Virus record (IMG/VR): IMGVR_UViG_3300011008_000009
Location: 74,579-138,578 of that record
Source of the DNA: a virus
Length of the DNA stretch: 64,000 nt
Direction: 5' to 3' (one strand)
In this document: positions 31,166 through 40,274 of the stretch, one piece after another
Numbering within the stretch: the stretch's first letter is position 1
How the letters are laid out: the number at the start of each line of letters is the position of its first letter
The notes under the pieces: generated by a model
Databases searched by the model: none
Seen by the model: only the letters and a program-made list of their open reading frames with translations
Told to the model about the DNA's origin: nothing
Program-made: the position numbers and the translations under genes

Positions 31166-32602
31166 ATGAAGAAAATTTTTAGTTTAATACTGGCTCTAAT
31201 GCTGTGTTTTTCTTTTAGCATAGTAGCGGGCGCCGAAACACAGGAACTAGTCTTTCCTATGACTACTACCACTGGTACAGTAATTTTTAAGGGTACAGCA
31301 GGTTTTAACTGTAACATCGAACCCGATGTAACAGACGCGGACTACATAATCCTTAAGGAAACGGGCGAGATGCCGAAGCTCACAAATGTAAAGTTAATTG
31401 TAACTGGAGACCGTGGTCGCGCCTATGCAGAGAATGTAGAATATTTATTCATCAACTACTATGACTCTCTGTGTACTGAAAGAGCAAAGGAAAATGAAGG
31501 TAATTATTGGAAGCTAAATATTAGCAAGGGTGTAGCTTATCTTGGTGATTTCCTTGCGGATAGTTATAGTCGTTTATATTCTATGTCTATTGAGGTCGAG
31601 GGTAAGCTGACAGTAACTAAGGAAGAAGATTATACTAAGTGGTACAATAAGAGTACTATTGAAGGTTGGACTTTTGATATTGTAAAGGGCTTTACTCAGG
31701 AAGGTTATGTTACCGATACTATCGAGACAATTGCTGCAAGTATAAATACCTTTGATTATGTTACAAGAACTGTTAAGTATGACTATCCTATTCTTTATAA
31801 TACTGACGATAATGGCGACGGCAACATAACAAGAAATGAAGTTTATTGTCTTTCTCGTTCTGCCTATGGCGGTGGAGAAGGTGTATATGGATTTGAGGGA
31901 CTTGCATCTCAGGTTGGGCAGTTTTTCAATAAGAAAGATAGTGGTACTATTACTTTCCACATAACTACTGCTCCTGCTAGTTATTCTCAGATTTGGTCTA
32001 ATGGTGGCGTAGCTTCTACACAGACGGGTCTGCTGAATGACATTCGTAGAGACAGTGTTCTTATTGGTCTATTCTTTAACTACGATAAGACCGGTAGCCT
32101 CGTATCTACTTCTACAATAGATGAAAATGGTAATATTGTATTTAACATCGACGACATACTCAATGATGTAGGCGGCAACAGTCTTGCTACTATCAATAGT
32201 ATTTACTATGGTATGGTAGGCGGTCTTACATATACTAACGAACCCCTCAAGGGTATAAAGGTTGATAAGGTAACTCTTTCTTATGAGGAAGAAGAGGAAG
32301 AAGTTGTAATTGAGCCCGTATGTGTAGATGAAGTTGAGGAAGAAGAAGTAGTAGAAGATACCGAAGATACCGAAGAAGTTGAGCAGGAAGAGGTAGAAGA
32401 GCCTGTTGAGCTTGACGAAGAAGTTGAGATAGAAATAGAACCCGAAGAAGTTTCGGAAGAACCTGAGATTGAAATAGTTACTGACGCAAACGCTGTAACT
32501 GTTGCTGATGAGGATACAAACCCAGGCACAGGTGTTGCTCTTGCAGTTGTTCCTGCAATCATAGCTGCGGCTGCTATAGTGATATCCAAAAAGAGAAAGT
32601 AA
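31166..32602 (+). CDS. secreted, surface-anchored protein with acidic stalk
   Basis: signal peptide KKIFSLILALMLCFSFSIVAGAE; Glu-rich stalk; C-terminal NPGTGVALAVVPAIIAAAAIVISKKRK. Confidence 0.8.
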   Translation: MKKIFSLILALMLCFSFSIVAGAETQELVFPMTTTTGTVIFKGTAGFNCNIEPDVTDADYIILKETGEMPKLTNVKLIVTGDRGRAYAENVEYLFINYYDSLCTERAKENEGNYWKLNISKGVAYLGDFLADSYSRLYSMSIEVEGKLTVTKEEDYTKWYNKSTIEGWTFDIVKGFTQEGYVTDTIETIAASINTFDYVTRTVKYDYPILYNTDDNGDGNITRNEVYCLSRSAYGGGEGVYGFEGLASQVGQFFNKKDSGTITFHITTAPASYSQIWSNGGVASTQTGLLNDIRRDSVLIGLFFNYDKTGSLVSTSTIDENGNIVFNIDDILNDVGGNSLATINSIYYGMVGGLTYTNEPLKGIKVDKVTLSYEEEEEEVVIEPVCVDEVEEEEVVEDTEDTEEVEQEEVEEPVELDEEVEIEIEPEEVSEEPEIEIVTDANAVTVADEDTNPGTGVALAVVPAIIAAAAIVISKKRK

Positions 32603-32622
32603 TTTAAAACTGAATAACTTAG

Positions 32623-32650
32623 GGCGCCGGTAGCAATCGGCGCCTTATTT
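32623..32650 (+). terminator. Rho-independent terminator
   Basis: GGCGCCG-gtagcaat-CGGCGCC followed by TTATTT. Confidence 0.75.
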
Positions 32651-32706
32651 GACTTTTGCGAAAAGTTGTGGTATAATTATTATAGTAAGTAAAAAAGGAG
32701 AAAACT

Positions 32707-33000
32707 ATGGCTACGAAGATTACTCCCGAAATGATAGAAGAAATAAATGAATTATATGTAGAGTTAGGTGTTAAGGCGCAGGTAGCTCGAAAGATAGGAG
32801 TATCTCCCGCTACTGTAACTAAATATCTTATACCTAACTACATACCGAAAGCCGACAGGGTAATTACTACCTGTAACGAAGACATTTCTCTTCCTTATGA
32901 TTTATTTATGGGAGAGTATGGACAATTAGGGCATATTTGTAGATTATCTGAAGAAGAACTAACTGACCTTAAAGAACTCCAAAAGGAGGTAGTAGTATGA
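32707..33000 (+). CDS. small helix-turn-helix-like protein
   Basis: ELYVELGVKAQVARKIGVSPATVTKYL. Confidence 0.65.
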   Translation: MATKITPEMIEEINELYVELGVKAQVARKIGVSPATVTKYLIPNYIPKADRVITTCNEDISLPYDLFMGEYGQLGHICRLSEEELTDLKELQKEVVV

Positions 33001-33341
33001 AGGCTTTTGAAAACGCAGAAAGTATATTAAGCGCTGACGTAAGAAGAATTGCTTTTACCTGTCACGATTTAATAGGCAGGAAAGAACAGGGCAGTTACAA
33101 TGTTGTTGCCGCGAGATTATTTGGATTATCCTATCCTAATTTTCTTCGGTATGCAAGAGAAAACTATAACGCAGAAATAGTAGGTAGAGACGGTTATGCT
33201 TATTTAACTTTTAAGAACTCAGCCGATTGCGACAGATTAGTTAAGGAACTTAATCGTCGTTGGGATTTAGTAATGAAAGAAAGAATTAAGCGTGGTTATT
33301 CAAATACACCGGAGGTAGTAAATGGCAGTACTAACGAGTGA
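32997..33341 (+). CDS. hypothetical protein
   Basis: coupled ORF. Confidence 0.5.
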   Translation: MKAFENAESILSADVRRIAFTCHDLIGRKEQGSYNVVAARLFGLSYPNFLRYARENYNAEIVGRDGYAYLTFKNSADCDRLVKELNRRWDLVMKERIKRGYSNTPEVVNGSTNE

Positions 33342-33543
33342 TGATGGAAGGGTAAAAATGACACTAATGGAAGGAGATAATAGAGTATCAGCTAATGTAT
33401 TGACTTCTGATAATCCTTCTGGTATAATAACAAATGGAAACATTTCTTACGATATTGGTTCAACAATATCTGTTAATGCAAATGATATAACGGTACAGGA
33501 AATATTTAGTGAATTAGAAAGGAAGATTAATTATGGCTCATGA
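33322..33543 (+). CDS. hypothetical protein
   Basis: coupled ORF. Confidence 0.5.
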   Translation: MAVLTSDDGRVKMTLMEGDNRVSANVLTSDNPSGIITNGNISYDIGSTISVNANDITVQEIFSELERKINYGS

Positions 33544-34837
33544 CGCTTATGTAGTAAAACTGAAAAATATTCGCAAGCACTCTAATGCAGATCGACTTCA
33601 GTGTGCGACTGTTTACGGCGCGAACGTAATAGTAGGACTGGACGCTAACGAAAATGATTTGTATATCTATTTTCCTACCGAGGTTCAGCTTGCAGAAGAG
33701 TATTGTGTACAGAATGACCTTGTAAGACGTAAGGACGAGAATGGTAAGCAGTGTGGTGGATATCTTGACCCTGACAAGCGTTATATCAGACCGCTTAAAC
33801 TTCGTGGAGAGATATCTGACGGTCTTATTATGCCTCTTTCTTCGGTAGCTCCTTTTAACAATGGTAAAATACCCGATGTAAAAGAGGGAGATGTTATCAC
33901 TACTATCAATGGTTATACTCTGTGCTGGAAGTATATTCCTCCCGTTAAACCCGTAAGAGTAGGTGGCGGCGCGGGCGCCAAAAAGGTTAGAAAGGAAGAA
34001 AATAGGGTAGTATTCCCTCAGCATATTGATACACCGCAGCTTCAGTATTGCGTACAGAACTTCCATTGCAATGACTGGATAACTGTAACTGAAAAGCTCG
34101 AAGGTACTTCTCACCGTTCTGCTTTGCTTCCTGTTAAAAAGACTAACTGGTTTAGAAAACTATTCCACCTTCCCGAAAAGGTAGTTTATAAGGACTTTTG
34201 TGGTTCGCGCCGTGTGACAATAGAGCAGGAAGATGGCGGATTTTATGGTTCTAATGATTTTAGGCTTGATGTGCATAATAAGCTCGTTCCTCACCTTAAG
34301 CCGAATATGGAAGTATTTGGTGAGATAGTTGGCTATCTTGGCGATACTCCTATTATGGGTACTGTGAATACCAAGAAACTCAATGATGAGAAGTTTACTC
34401 AGACTTATGGCGAGAATATGGAATTTTCTTATGGTTGCCAGCGTGGTGAGTATAAGTTCTATGTATATAGAATTGCACTTTTGGACGAAGACGGCGATGT
34501 AGCTCTTGAATATTCTACTGACCAGATAATCGCGTGGTGTGAAGATAACGGTTTTGAGTATGTGCCTATATTGTATAGAGGAAAAGTAACTGGTATGGGT
34601 GATGTTGAAGCTCAGGACGAAATCGGAAGAATAGCAAATGTCTTTAATGACGGTCCTTCTACTCTTGACCCTCGTCATTGGCGCGAAGGTTGTGTTATTC
34701 GTAGAGACAATAACGCAAGAAAGTTCGATGTGTATAAGTCTAAGAACTATACTTACAGATTTTTGAAGGGTATGGCGACTGACAATATTCAGAACGCAGA
34801 TAATATTTCGGCTGACCTGCTTGAGGAAATGGTATAA
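33533..34837 (+). CDS. RNA ligase (Rnl2/DraRnl-like, N-terminal extension resembling an OB/tRNA-binding domain)
   Basis: nucleotidyltransferase motif I TEKLEGTSHR, downstream EVFGEIVG motif and N-terminal KLKNIRKHSNADRLQCATVYG. Confidence 0.8.
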   Translation: MAHDAYVVKLKNIRKHSNADRLQCATVYGANVIVGLDANENDLYIYFPTEVQLAEEYCVQNDLVRRKDENGKQCGGYLDPDKRYIRPLKLRGEISDGLIMPLSSVAPFNNGKIPDVKEGDVITTINGYTLCWKYIPPVKPVRVGGGAGAKKVRKEENRVVFPQHIDTPQLQYCVQNFHCNDWITVTEKLEGTSHRSALLPVKKTNWFRKLFHLPEKVVYKDFCGSRRVTIEQEDGGFYGSNDFRLDVHNKLVPHLKPNMEVFGEIVGYLGDTPIMGTVNTKKLNDEKFTQTYGENMEFSYGCQRGEYKFYVYRIALLDEDGDVALEYSTDQIIAWCEDNGFEYVPILYRGKVTGMGDVEAQDEIGRIANVFNDGPSTLDPRHWREGCVIRRDNNARKFDVYKSKNYTYRFLKGMATDNIQNADNISADLLEEMV

Positions 34838-34852
34838 TAGGGGAGGAAATAA

Positions 34853-35263
34853 ATGATACTTACTTTAATGGCAATAGGTGCTTTAGTTTTGGGAATAGTA
34901 ATAATTGCTATCGGTGCTAAAATCGAGGCTGTTGGTGATAATACAGCGTTAGGTGTTACTGCAATATTATTAGCAATAGGCGGCGGAGTGTTTAGTGGAT
35001 TATTTCTTTTTGACATATCAGCAAATCAATTGCCAACTACACAATATAATTTGCAGCTTGAGTATGAGGAAACATATAATACTCTAGTTACAAGTTTAAA
35101 AGCTGATAAAAATAACGTAGTAACATTGGCTGATAAAGTTGCAGAATATAATATTAGAGTTAAAAAGCACTACAATCTTTTAGAAAGCCCGTGGACTAAT
35201 TGGCTTGAACCTACTATTAATACAGAATTAAAAACTATAAATCTTGAGGACTATCTTAATTGA
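34853..35263 (+). CDS. membrane protein of unknown function
   Basis: hydrophobic N-terminal segments. Confidence 0.5.
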   Translation: MILTLMAIGALVLGIVIIAIGAKIEAVGDNTALGVTAILLAIGGGVFSGLFLFDISANQLPTTQYNLQLEYEETYNTLVTSLKADKNNVVTLADKVAEYNIRVKKHYNLLESPWTNWLEPTINTELKTINLEDYLN

Positions 35264-35328
35264 TAGTCCTTTGACTTTTATTAAAAGTTATGATATAATA
35301 TATATAGTAAATAAAAAGGAGATTGTGA

Positions 35329-35886
35329 ATGATACCTTGTCTTTATGAACCATTTAAACATTGGGCAGAAAATGGTAGTATATATATCTTATCTGATTTA
35401 CATTTTGATGATAGTGATTGTAAGTTAATGGCGCCAGATTGGGTGTCGCCGCGGGAGCAAGTAGACATAATCAATAAAATGGTTATGGCTAATGATTGCT
35501 TTATTTGTCTTGGCGATGTGGGTAATCCAGAGTATATCCGTCAGATAAGAGCAAAACAGAAAATATTAATACTTGGTAATCACGATAAAAAACACGTTTG
35601 CGCGCAGTATTTTAATGAGGTATATGACGGGGCGCTGTTTGTTGCTGATAAGATTTTATTGTCTCACGAGCCTATTAATGGATTAAAATGGTGCTTGAAT
35701 ATTCACGGTCACGACCATAGTAGAGTTGAAAGATTTGATAGTGGTTGTGAACACATAAATCTTGCGGCGAATGTATGTGGATATAAGCCATTAAATTTAG
35801 GGAAGTTAATTAAAAATGGTGCATTGGCGGATATAAAGAATATCCATAGAATGGTAATTGATAAACAGAGGAGAAAGGAGAACTAA
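35329..35886 (+). CDS. calcineurin-like metallophosphoesterase
   Basis: YILSDLHFDD..CLGDVGN..ILGNHDKK..NIHGHDH. Confidence 0.9.
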   Translation: MIPCLYEPFKHWAENGSIYILSDLHFDDSDCKLMAPDWVSPREQVDIINKMVMANDCFICLGDVGNPEYIRQIRAKQKILILGNHDKKHVCAQYFNEVYDGALFVADKILLSHEPINGLKWCLNIHGHDHSRVERFDSGCEHINLAANVCGYKPLNLGKLIKNGALADIKNIHRMVIDKQRRKEN

Positions 35887-36865
35887 TATGCCTACAGTAT
35901 ATATGCTTATAGGACTGCCCGGCTCAGGTAAATCCACCGTTGCTGAAAAATTGGCTAAGGGTGAAAATGCAGTTATAGTATCTACCGACAAAATAAGAGA
36001 AGAATTATTTGGTGATGAAGCTATACAGGAAAACGAAAGATATGATAATAATACTGTATTTAGTTTAGCTTATACTAGAATAAAAATAGCTATGCTTGAA
36101 GGTAAGAATATAATATTTGATGCTACTAATATAAATAGAAAAAAGCGTAAATATTTTTTAGAAATCTTATCTAAAGAATATTTCTGGTCGCTAAGAAATA
36201 CGGATTATACTTATAGATTTCACGCTATATTAATTGCTACTCCTTACGAAAAGTGCCTTAAGAACAACCTTAATCGGCGTCGTGTAGTACCCGAAGAAGT
36301 TATCAAGCGTATGATGTGCAATTTTGAAGTACCTATGAAGTCTGAAGGCTGGGATGAGGTAGAAATTTATAGACCTTTTGATGTTTGGACGCCTGCTGGG
36401 TATAATTACTATTTGGGTTATTTATATGATAGGAACGATATTTCTCACGATTGTGAACCTTGGCATACAGGAACAATTCTCTCTCATATATGTGCGGTTA
36501 TAGGCGCAGTAAATGCGGATAAGATATTACCAAGAGAAGAGAAGGAATTTTATACGTCAATAGCTATGTGGCACGATGTAGGTAAGTTTTATGTAAAAGC
36601 CTATAACGAAAAGAAAAAGCGTTGCACGTATTATAATCATAATAACGTAAGTGCATATTGCTATTGTACTTCACCCAATGCTATTCTTGATATTGCTTTT
36701 GTAATAGAAAAGCATATGGAAGCTCATAAGTATGATAGTGACCAGGAGCGCTATGATGCTTTGTCTAAGCAGGGTATTGACAGTGGTTTAATTTGTGCAA
36801 TAATTAGATTTGGCAGGTATGATAATGAGGGCGCATTGGCAGTTGAGGGAACGGTATTAAAGTAA
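35858..36865 (+). CDS. P-loop (polynucleotide-kinase-like) kinase fused to HD domain
   Basis: MLIGLPGSGKSTVAEKL..FDATNINRKKR and SIAMWHDVGKF. Confidence 0.8.
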   Translation: MINRGERRTNMPTVYMLIGLPGSGKSTVAEKLAKGENAVIVSTDKIREELFGDEAIQENERYDNNTVFSLAYTRIKIAMLEGKNIIFDATNINRKKRKYFLEILSKEYFWSLRNTDYTYRFHAILIATPYEKCLKNNLNRRRVVPEEVIKRMMCNFEVPMKSEGWDEVEIYRPFDVWTPAGYNYYLGYLYDRNDISHDCEPWHTGTILSHICAVIGAVNADKILPREEKEFYTSIAMWHDVGKFYVKAYNEKKKRCTYYNHNNVSAYCYCTSPNAILDIAFVIEKHMEAHKYDSDQERYDALSKQGIDSGLICAIIRFGRYDNEGALAVEGTVLK

Positions 36866-37020
36866 TGGAAGATAAAGAGAAAATTGTAAGCTATTGGAGT
36901 GTAGAAGATAGATACCATTATAGGTGTGGTCATTGTGGAAAGGTAAGTATTTTTACTCTTTTTACAGAAGATATATGTTTAAATTGTGGGTCAGAAAACA
37001 AAGTGGTTATAATGAGGTAG
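36865..37020 (+). CDS. small zinc-ribbon-like protein
   Basis: HYRCGHCGKVSIFTLFTEDICLNCGSENK; ATG at the stop of the upstream gene. Confidence 0.6.
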   Translation: MEDKEKIVSYWSVEDRYHYRCGHCGKVSIFTLFTEDICLNCGSENKVVIMR

Positions 37021-37027
37021 GTAATTT

Positions 37028-37330
37028 ATGCTCGATAAAGATGCTTTTGTAAAATATATGTACGAAATTATGGACCAGTATGATGTCATAGAAGAACTCC
37101 ATGAGAGTATCGATAAAATTTTCGGTATCAGCGACGGAATAATTTCACAAGCTATGTCTGTATCATTGCCTATCAAAATACTTGCTGACGCTATGAATGA
37201 TACAAACGGGTGGATAGAATATTATATCTATGAAAGCGACTGTGGTCGTTCAACAGGTAAAGTATTTATAGATGATAAAGAATTTAAGCTAGAAACACCA
37301 GAAGATTTGTGGGAACTATTGACTACATAA
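37028..37330 (+). CDS. hypothetical protein
   Basis: ORF. Confidence 0.55.
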   Translation: MLDKDAFVKYMYEIMDQYDVIEELHESIDKIFGISDGIISQAMSVSLPIKILADAMNDTNGWIEYYIYESDCGRSTGKVFIDDKEFKLETPEDLWELLTT

Positions 37331-37371
37331 TTTGACTTATAACATATAGCAAATAAAAAGGAGGGTATTAA

Positions 37372-37892
37372 ATGATAGTAGTAAATCTTATAGGTGCGCC
37401 GGGAAAAGTACGGGCGCGGCTTATATTTTTTCACAATTAAAAATGGCTGGAATAAATGCAGAATACATATCTGAATTTGCTAAAGATAAAACTTGGGGAG
37501 AAGATTTTCTTTCGCTTCAGTGCCAAGAATATGTTTTTGGGAAACAATCTATGCGACTTTTTCGAGTTAAAGACAAAGTTGATGTAGTAATTACAGATTC
37601 TCCATTAATTCTTTCAATACTATATAATAACTCAGAGGTATTGGGGCAATCTTTTAACCAAACCGTACTTAATGTATTTAATTCTTATGATAATATTATA
37701 TATTTTGTAAATAGAATTAAACCTTATAATCCTAGCGGGCGTAGTCAAACACAAGAAGAGTCTGACCAAATAGCAATAGATATTCAAAATTTTTTAAATC
37801 AAAACAATATATCCTTTCGGTCAATTGATGGTCGCAAGGAGAATTATGACGTAGTTGTTAGCGATGTTCTTCGTAGAATAAAGCTACTATAA
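37372..37892 (+). pseudogene. phage P-loop ATPase/kinase with frame disruption inside Walker A
   Basis: frame 1 MIVVNLIGAPG, then a different frame ...GKSTGAAYIFSQLKMAGINAEYISEFAKDKTWGED; ORF track shows only 37443..37892. Confidence 0.7.
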
Positions 37893-37958
37893 TAAACAAT
37901 TGACTTTTCTTAAAATATATATTATAATATATATAGTAAATAAAAAAGGAGCAATAGT

Positions 37959-38402
37959 ATGCAGATAGTATATAACAGTTTAACAGAAAAAGAAGCGTCT
38001 AATAATTACACTTGCAATATTTGTGAGTCAATTATCAAGGTTTCTAATGGAGAAATGTTCACTGGTTATCTCGGAGATAGATATTTTAAATGTCCGGTCT
38101 GTGGAAAATATACGGTAGCCGAGGAACCCGAAGAATATCAAGAAGCTAAAGATGTAGTGTATCCGTATAGTTTTCACAATTATGTTAGTGATTATAAACC
38201 GGTTCCCAATACAAATGCAACTATAAATGAGCTAATTCAAGATGTATTTAAGGATGAATTTGATGCAGTAAAAATGAATATAGCTGAATACGGAGATACG
38301 ATGGTTTTGGCGGTAGAAGACGGGGTTGACGACGAAGGTAAAACCATTTATCAGTTGTATGTATGCAAAAATTCAGATTCGACACTCTGTACAAAGGGTT
38401 AA
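37959..38402 (+). CDS. hypothetical protein, Cys-pair zinc-binding-like
   Basis: CNICESI..FKCPVCGKYTV. Confidence 0.55.
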   Translation: MQIVYNSLTEKEASNNYTCNICESIIKVSNGEMFTGYLGDRYFKCPVCGKYTVAEEPEEYQEAKDVVYPYSFHNYVSDYKPVPNTNATINELIQDVFKDEFDAVKMNIAEYGDTMVLAVEDGVDDEGKTIYQLYVCKNSDSTLCTKG

Positions 38403-38403
38403 C

Positions 38404-38432
38404 TTGACTTTTTCTAAAAGGTATGCTATAAT
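38404..38432 (+). promoter_or_regulatory. sigma70-type promoter, member of repeated promoter family
   Basis: TTGACT-17-TATAAT followed by conserved ATATATAGTAAATGAGAAAGG. Confidence 0.85.
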
Positions 38433-38462
38433 ATATATAGTAAATGAGAAAGGAAGAAATTA

Positions 38463-38727
38463 TATGAGAGTTTATTATTGTGACAAGTGTGGCATAGCTA
38501 CAGAAAAGACCAATCTGCTTCGGGCAATATCATTTAAAATGGAACTGCCTTCTCTGAGAAAGTCTGACGGACAGTACATCAAGGAGCTTATGTTCTGCAA
38601 GAACTGCTACAAGGACTATCTGAAGGCAATAGAAGATTTTCTTAGCGATGGTTTTGCTGTTCAGCAGAGAGCAGCTATGACGACTGGTGAGCAGAAGCTG
38701 GAAAGCGAAGCACTTGACGAAAGTTAA
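38463..38727 (+). CDS. hypothetical zinc-binding-like protein (start within ORF 38326)
   Basis: MRVYYCDKCGIATEKT..FCKNCYKDYLKAIEDFL. Confidence 0.55.
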
Positions 38728-38745
38728 AACGAGGAAGGAAGAAAT

Positions 38746-38940
38746 ATGACACCACGGCAATTAACTTTTATTATTCGTTCAAGAACGTGCTCGTCAGCCG
38801 TGGTTGAGTGTCACGTGGACGAATTTGAAATTCTCGCAGATATAAAATATCTTCATCTCATAAGATATTCTGGAGAAGATAATATGTATAATTTAGAGGA
38901 TATAATAAGTTATTCCTACATAGAAGAGAAGAAAGAATAA
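38746..38940 (+). CDS. hypothetical protein
   Basis: ORF. Confidence 0.4.
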   Translation: MTPRQLTFIIRSRTCSSAVVECHVDEFEILADIKYLHLIRYSGEDNMYNLEDIISYSYIEEKKE

Positions 38941-39000
38941 CTTGACATTTCTCAAAACCTATGGTATAATAAATATGTAAGATAAATCAAACAAAGAAAG

Positions 39001-39339
39001 TTGAGGTACAATTTTATGGAAAAGATGTCAATGGCAAAGCAGGCAGAAACAAGAGCTATGCTCTATGAAAAGGCACTTAACTCCCTTGCGGTAGCTGGCT
39101 TTAAGACCGAAACAATTAAGGGCGGCGCCCTCATCGACCTCGGTGAAGGACAGTTCGCAAAGCTGAACATTTCAATCTGTGACGCTACAAAGTTCGACCT
39201 TGAAAAGACAAGAGCCGAGTATCAGGAGGCTGTAGCTAAGGCTGCGGAGCGTGCGGAAGCAAAGGCTCAGAAGGCAAGAGAAAAGGCAGAAAAGGCTGCG
39301 GCTAAGGCTGCTAAGGAAGCGGAAAAGTCAAAGGATTAA
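39001..39339 (+). CDS. small protein with Lys/Ala/Glu-rich tail
   Basis: AERAEAKAQKAREKAEKAAAKAAKEAEKSKD. Confidence 0.65.
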   Translation: MRYNFMEKMSMAKQAETRAMLYEKALNSLAVAGFKTETIKGGALIDLGEGQFAKLNISICDATKFDLEKTRAEYQEAVAKAAERAEAKAQKAREKAEKAAAKAAKEAEKSKD

Positions 39340-39535
39340 ATCCTTGACTTTTTCCGAAAAGTATGGTATAATAATTATAGTGAATGAGACAGAAGTCAGG
39401 AAACTATTGTGAATTAGTCTTAGACGTTGATACCTTAGGAAAAATGACAATGTCGGGGTCACTATTAATGGTGAGCGGAAGATAAAGCTGTAAGCTGGTG
39501 TTTGAATCTCACCAACGGCGTTTCGGCGCCGATAC

Positions 39536-39652
39536 GGAGGAATAGCTCAATTGGTAGAGCAACGTATTTTGAGTCTTGTTAAAGGCTTGTACAGCAAGTT
39601 TATTGATAGCATTTGGAGCCGTGTGTTGTAGGTTCGAGTCCTGCTTCCTCCA
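39536..39652 (+). tRNA. irregular tRNA-like gene with ~44-nt extra sequence in anticodon/variable region (identity unresolved)
   Basis: acceptor GGAGGAA/TTCCTCC, D-arm TAGCTCAATTGGTAGAGC, T-arm GTAGGTTCGAGTCCTGC. Confidence 0.6.
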
Positions 39653-39730
39653 CAAAGTTAATCTTCATAGTTAATCCTTTCTTTACTGTAGGCTCCCACC
39701 TGCCTTACTGCGGTTAAAAGGGTGGGGTAT

Positions 39731-39805
39731 GGCGCGTTAGTCAAGCGGCTAAGACGTTGGGTTTTCATCCCAAAGACAGGGGTTCAACTCCCCTACGCGC
39801 TTCCA
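39731..39805 (+). tRNA. tRNA-Glu(UUC)
   Basis: cloverleaf: acceptor GGCGCGT/ACGCGCT, anticodon loop TTTTCAT, encoded CCA. Confidence 0.85.
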
Positions 39806-39809
39806 TAGC

Positions 39810-40150
39810 TTGTCGGTGTGCTCAACACCGTCAGTCGCCTGATTGCTCCGACTTAAATCCTTATGCAATCAAAATGGGGCGTTCCGGAGATGGCTCCGAA
39901 GGTGGTGACCGCCTTAATAAAAAGTCACCGTTTGATAGAATATTTGTCGTTAAAATTCTGATGCAATAGGCTGCTAAAGTGTCTATGGCTTCACGGAGTT
40001 GAACAGGAACTCGTTAATGCGAGAATGTGCCGCTAAACAAAAATAGCCTTCTTGCTGTGTTTGAGATATGTTGGCTCATTTATAAGAGCTGGCGCCACGG
40101 TCAATGAATAAAGAAGTCTCCAACGGTGTATAACGTTGACAGGCGCTTCG
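39810..40150 (+). ncRNA. candidate structured non-coding RNA between tRNA-Glu and tRNA-Arg
   Basis: no plausible + strand ORF, many short GC stems (e.g. GGCGCTTCGGCGCC at 40142-40155). Confidence 0.4.
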
Positions 40151-40159
40151 GCGCCATAT

Positions 40160-40232
40160 ACGCTATTAGTTCAATGGATAGAATACTTGGCTACGAACCA
40201 AGAGAGTGGGAGTTCAAATCTCTCGTAGCGTT
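40160..40232 (+). tRNA. tRNA-Arg(ACG)
   Basis: acceptor ACGCTAT/GTAGCGT; CTTGG-CTACGAA-CCAAG; T-loop TTCAAAT. Confidence 0.85.
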
Positions 40233-40239
40233 TCAACAT

Positions 40240-40268
40240 TTGACAAAAGTCGAAAGTTGTGATATAAT
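40240..40268 (+). promoter_or_regulatory. promoter for large non-coding RNA region
   Basis: TTGACA (40240-40245), 17-bp spacer, TATAAT (40263-40268). Confidence 0.8.
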
Positions 40269-40274
40269 TATTAT

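Noticed and set aside
33527-34678. Long antisense ORFs (195 and 172 aa)
   Set aside because: Shadow ORFs opposite the well-supported RNA ligase and its upstream neighbour.
39757-39969. ORF of 70 aa
   Set aside because: Overlaps tRNA-Glu and GC-rich structured RNA; non-phage-like composition.
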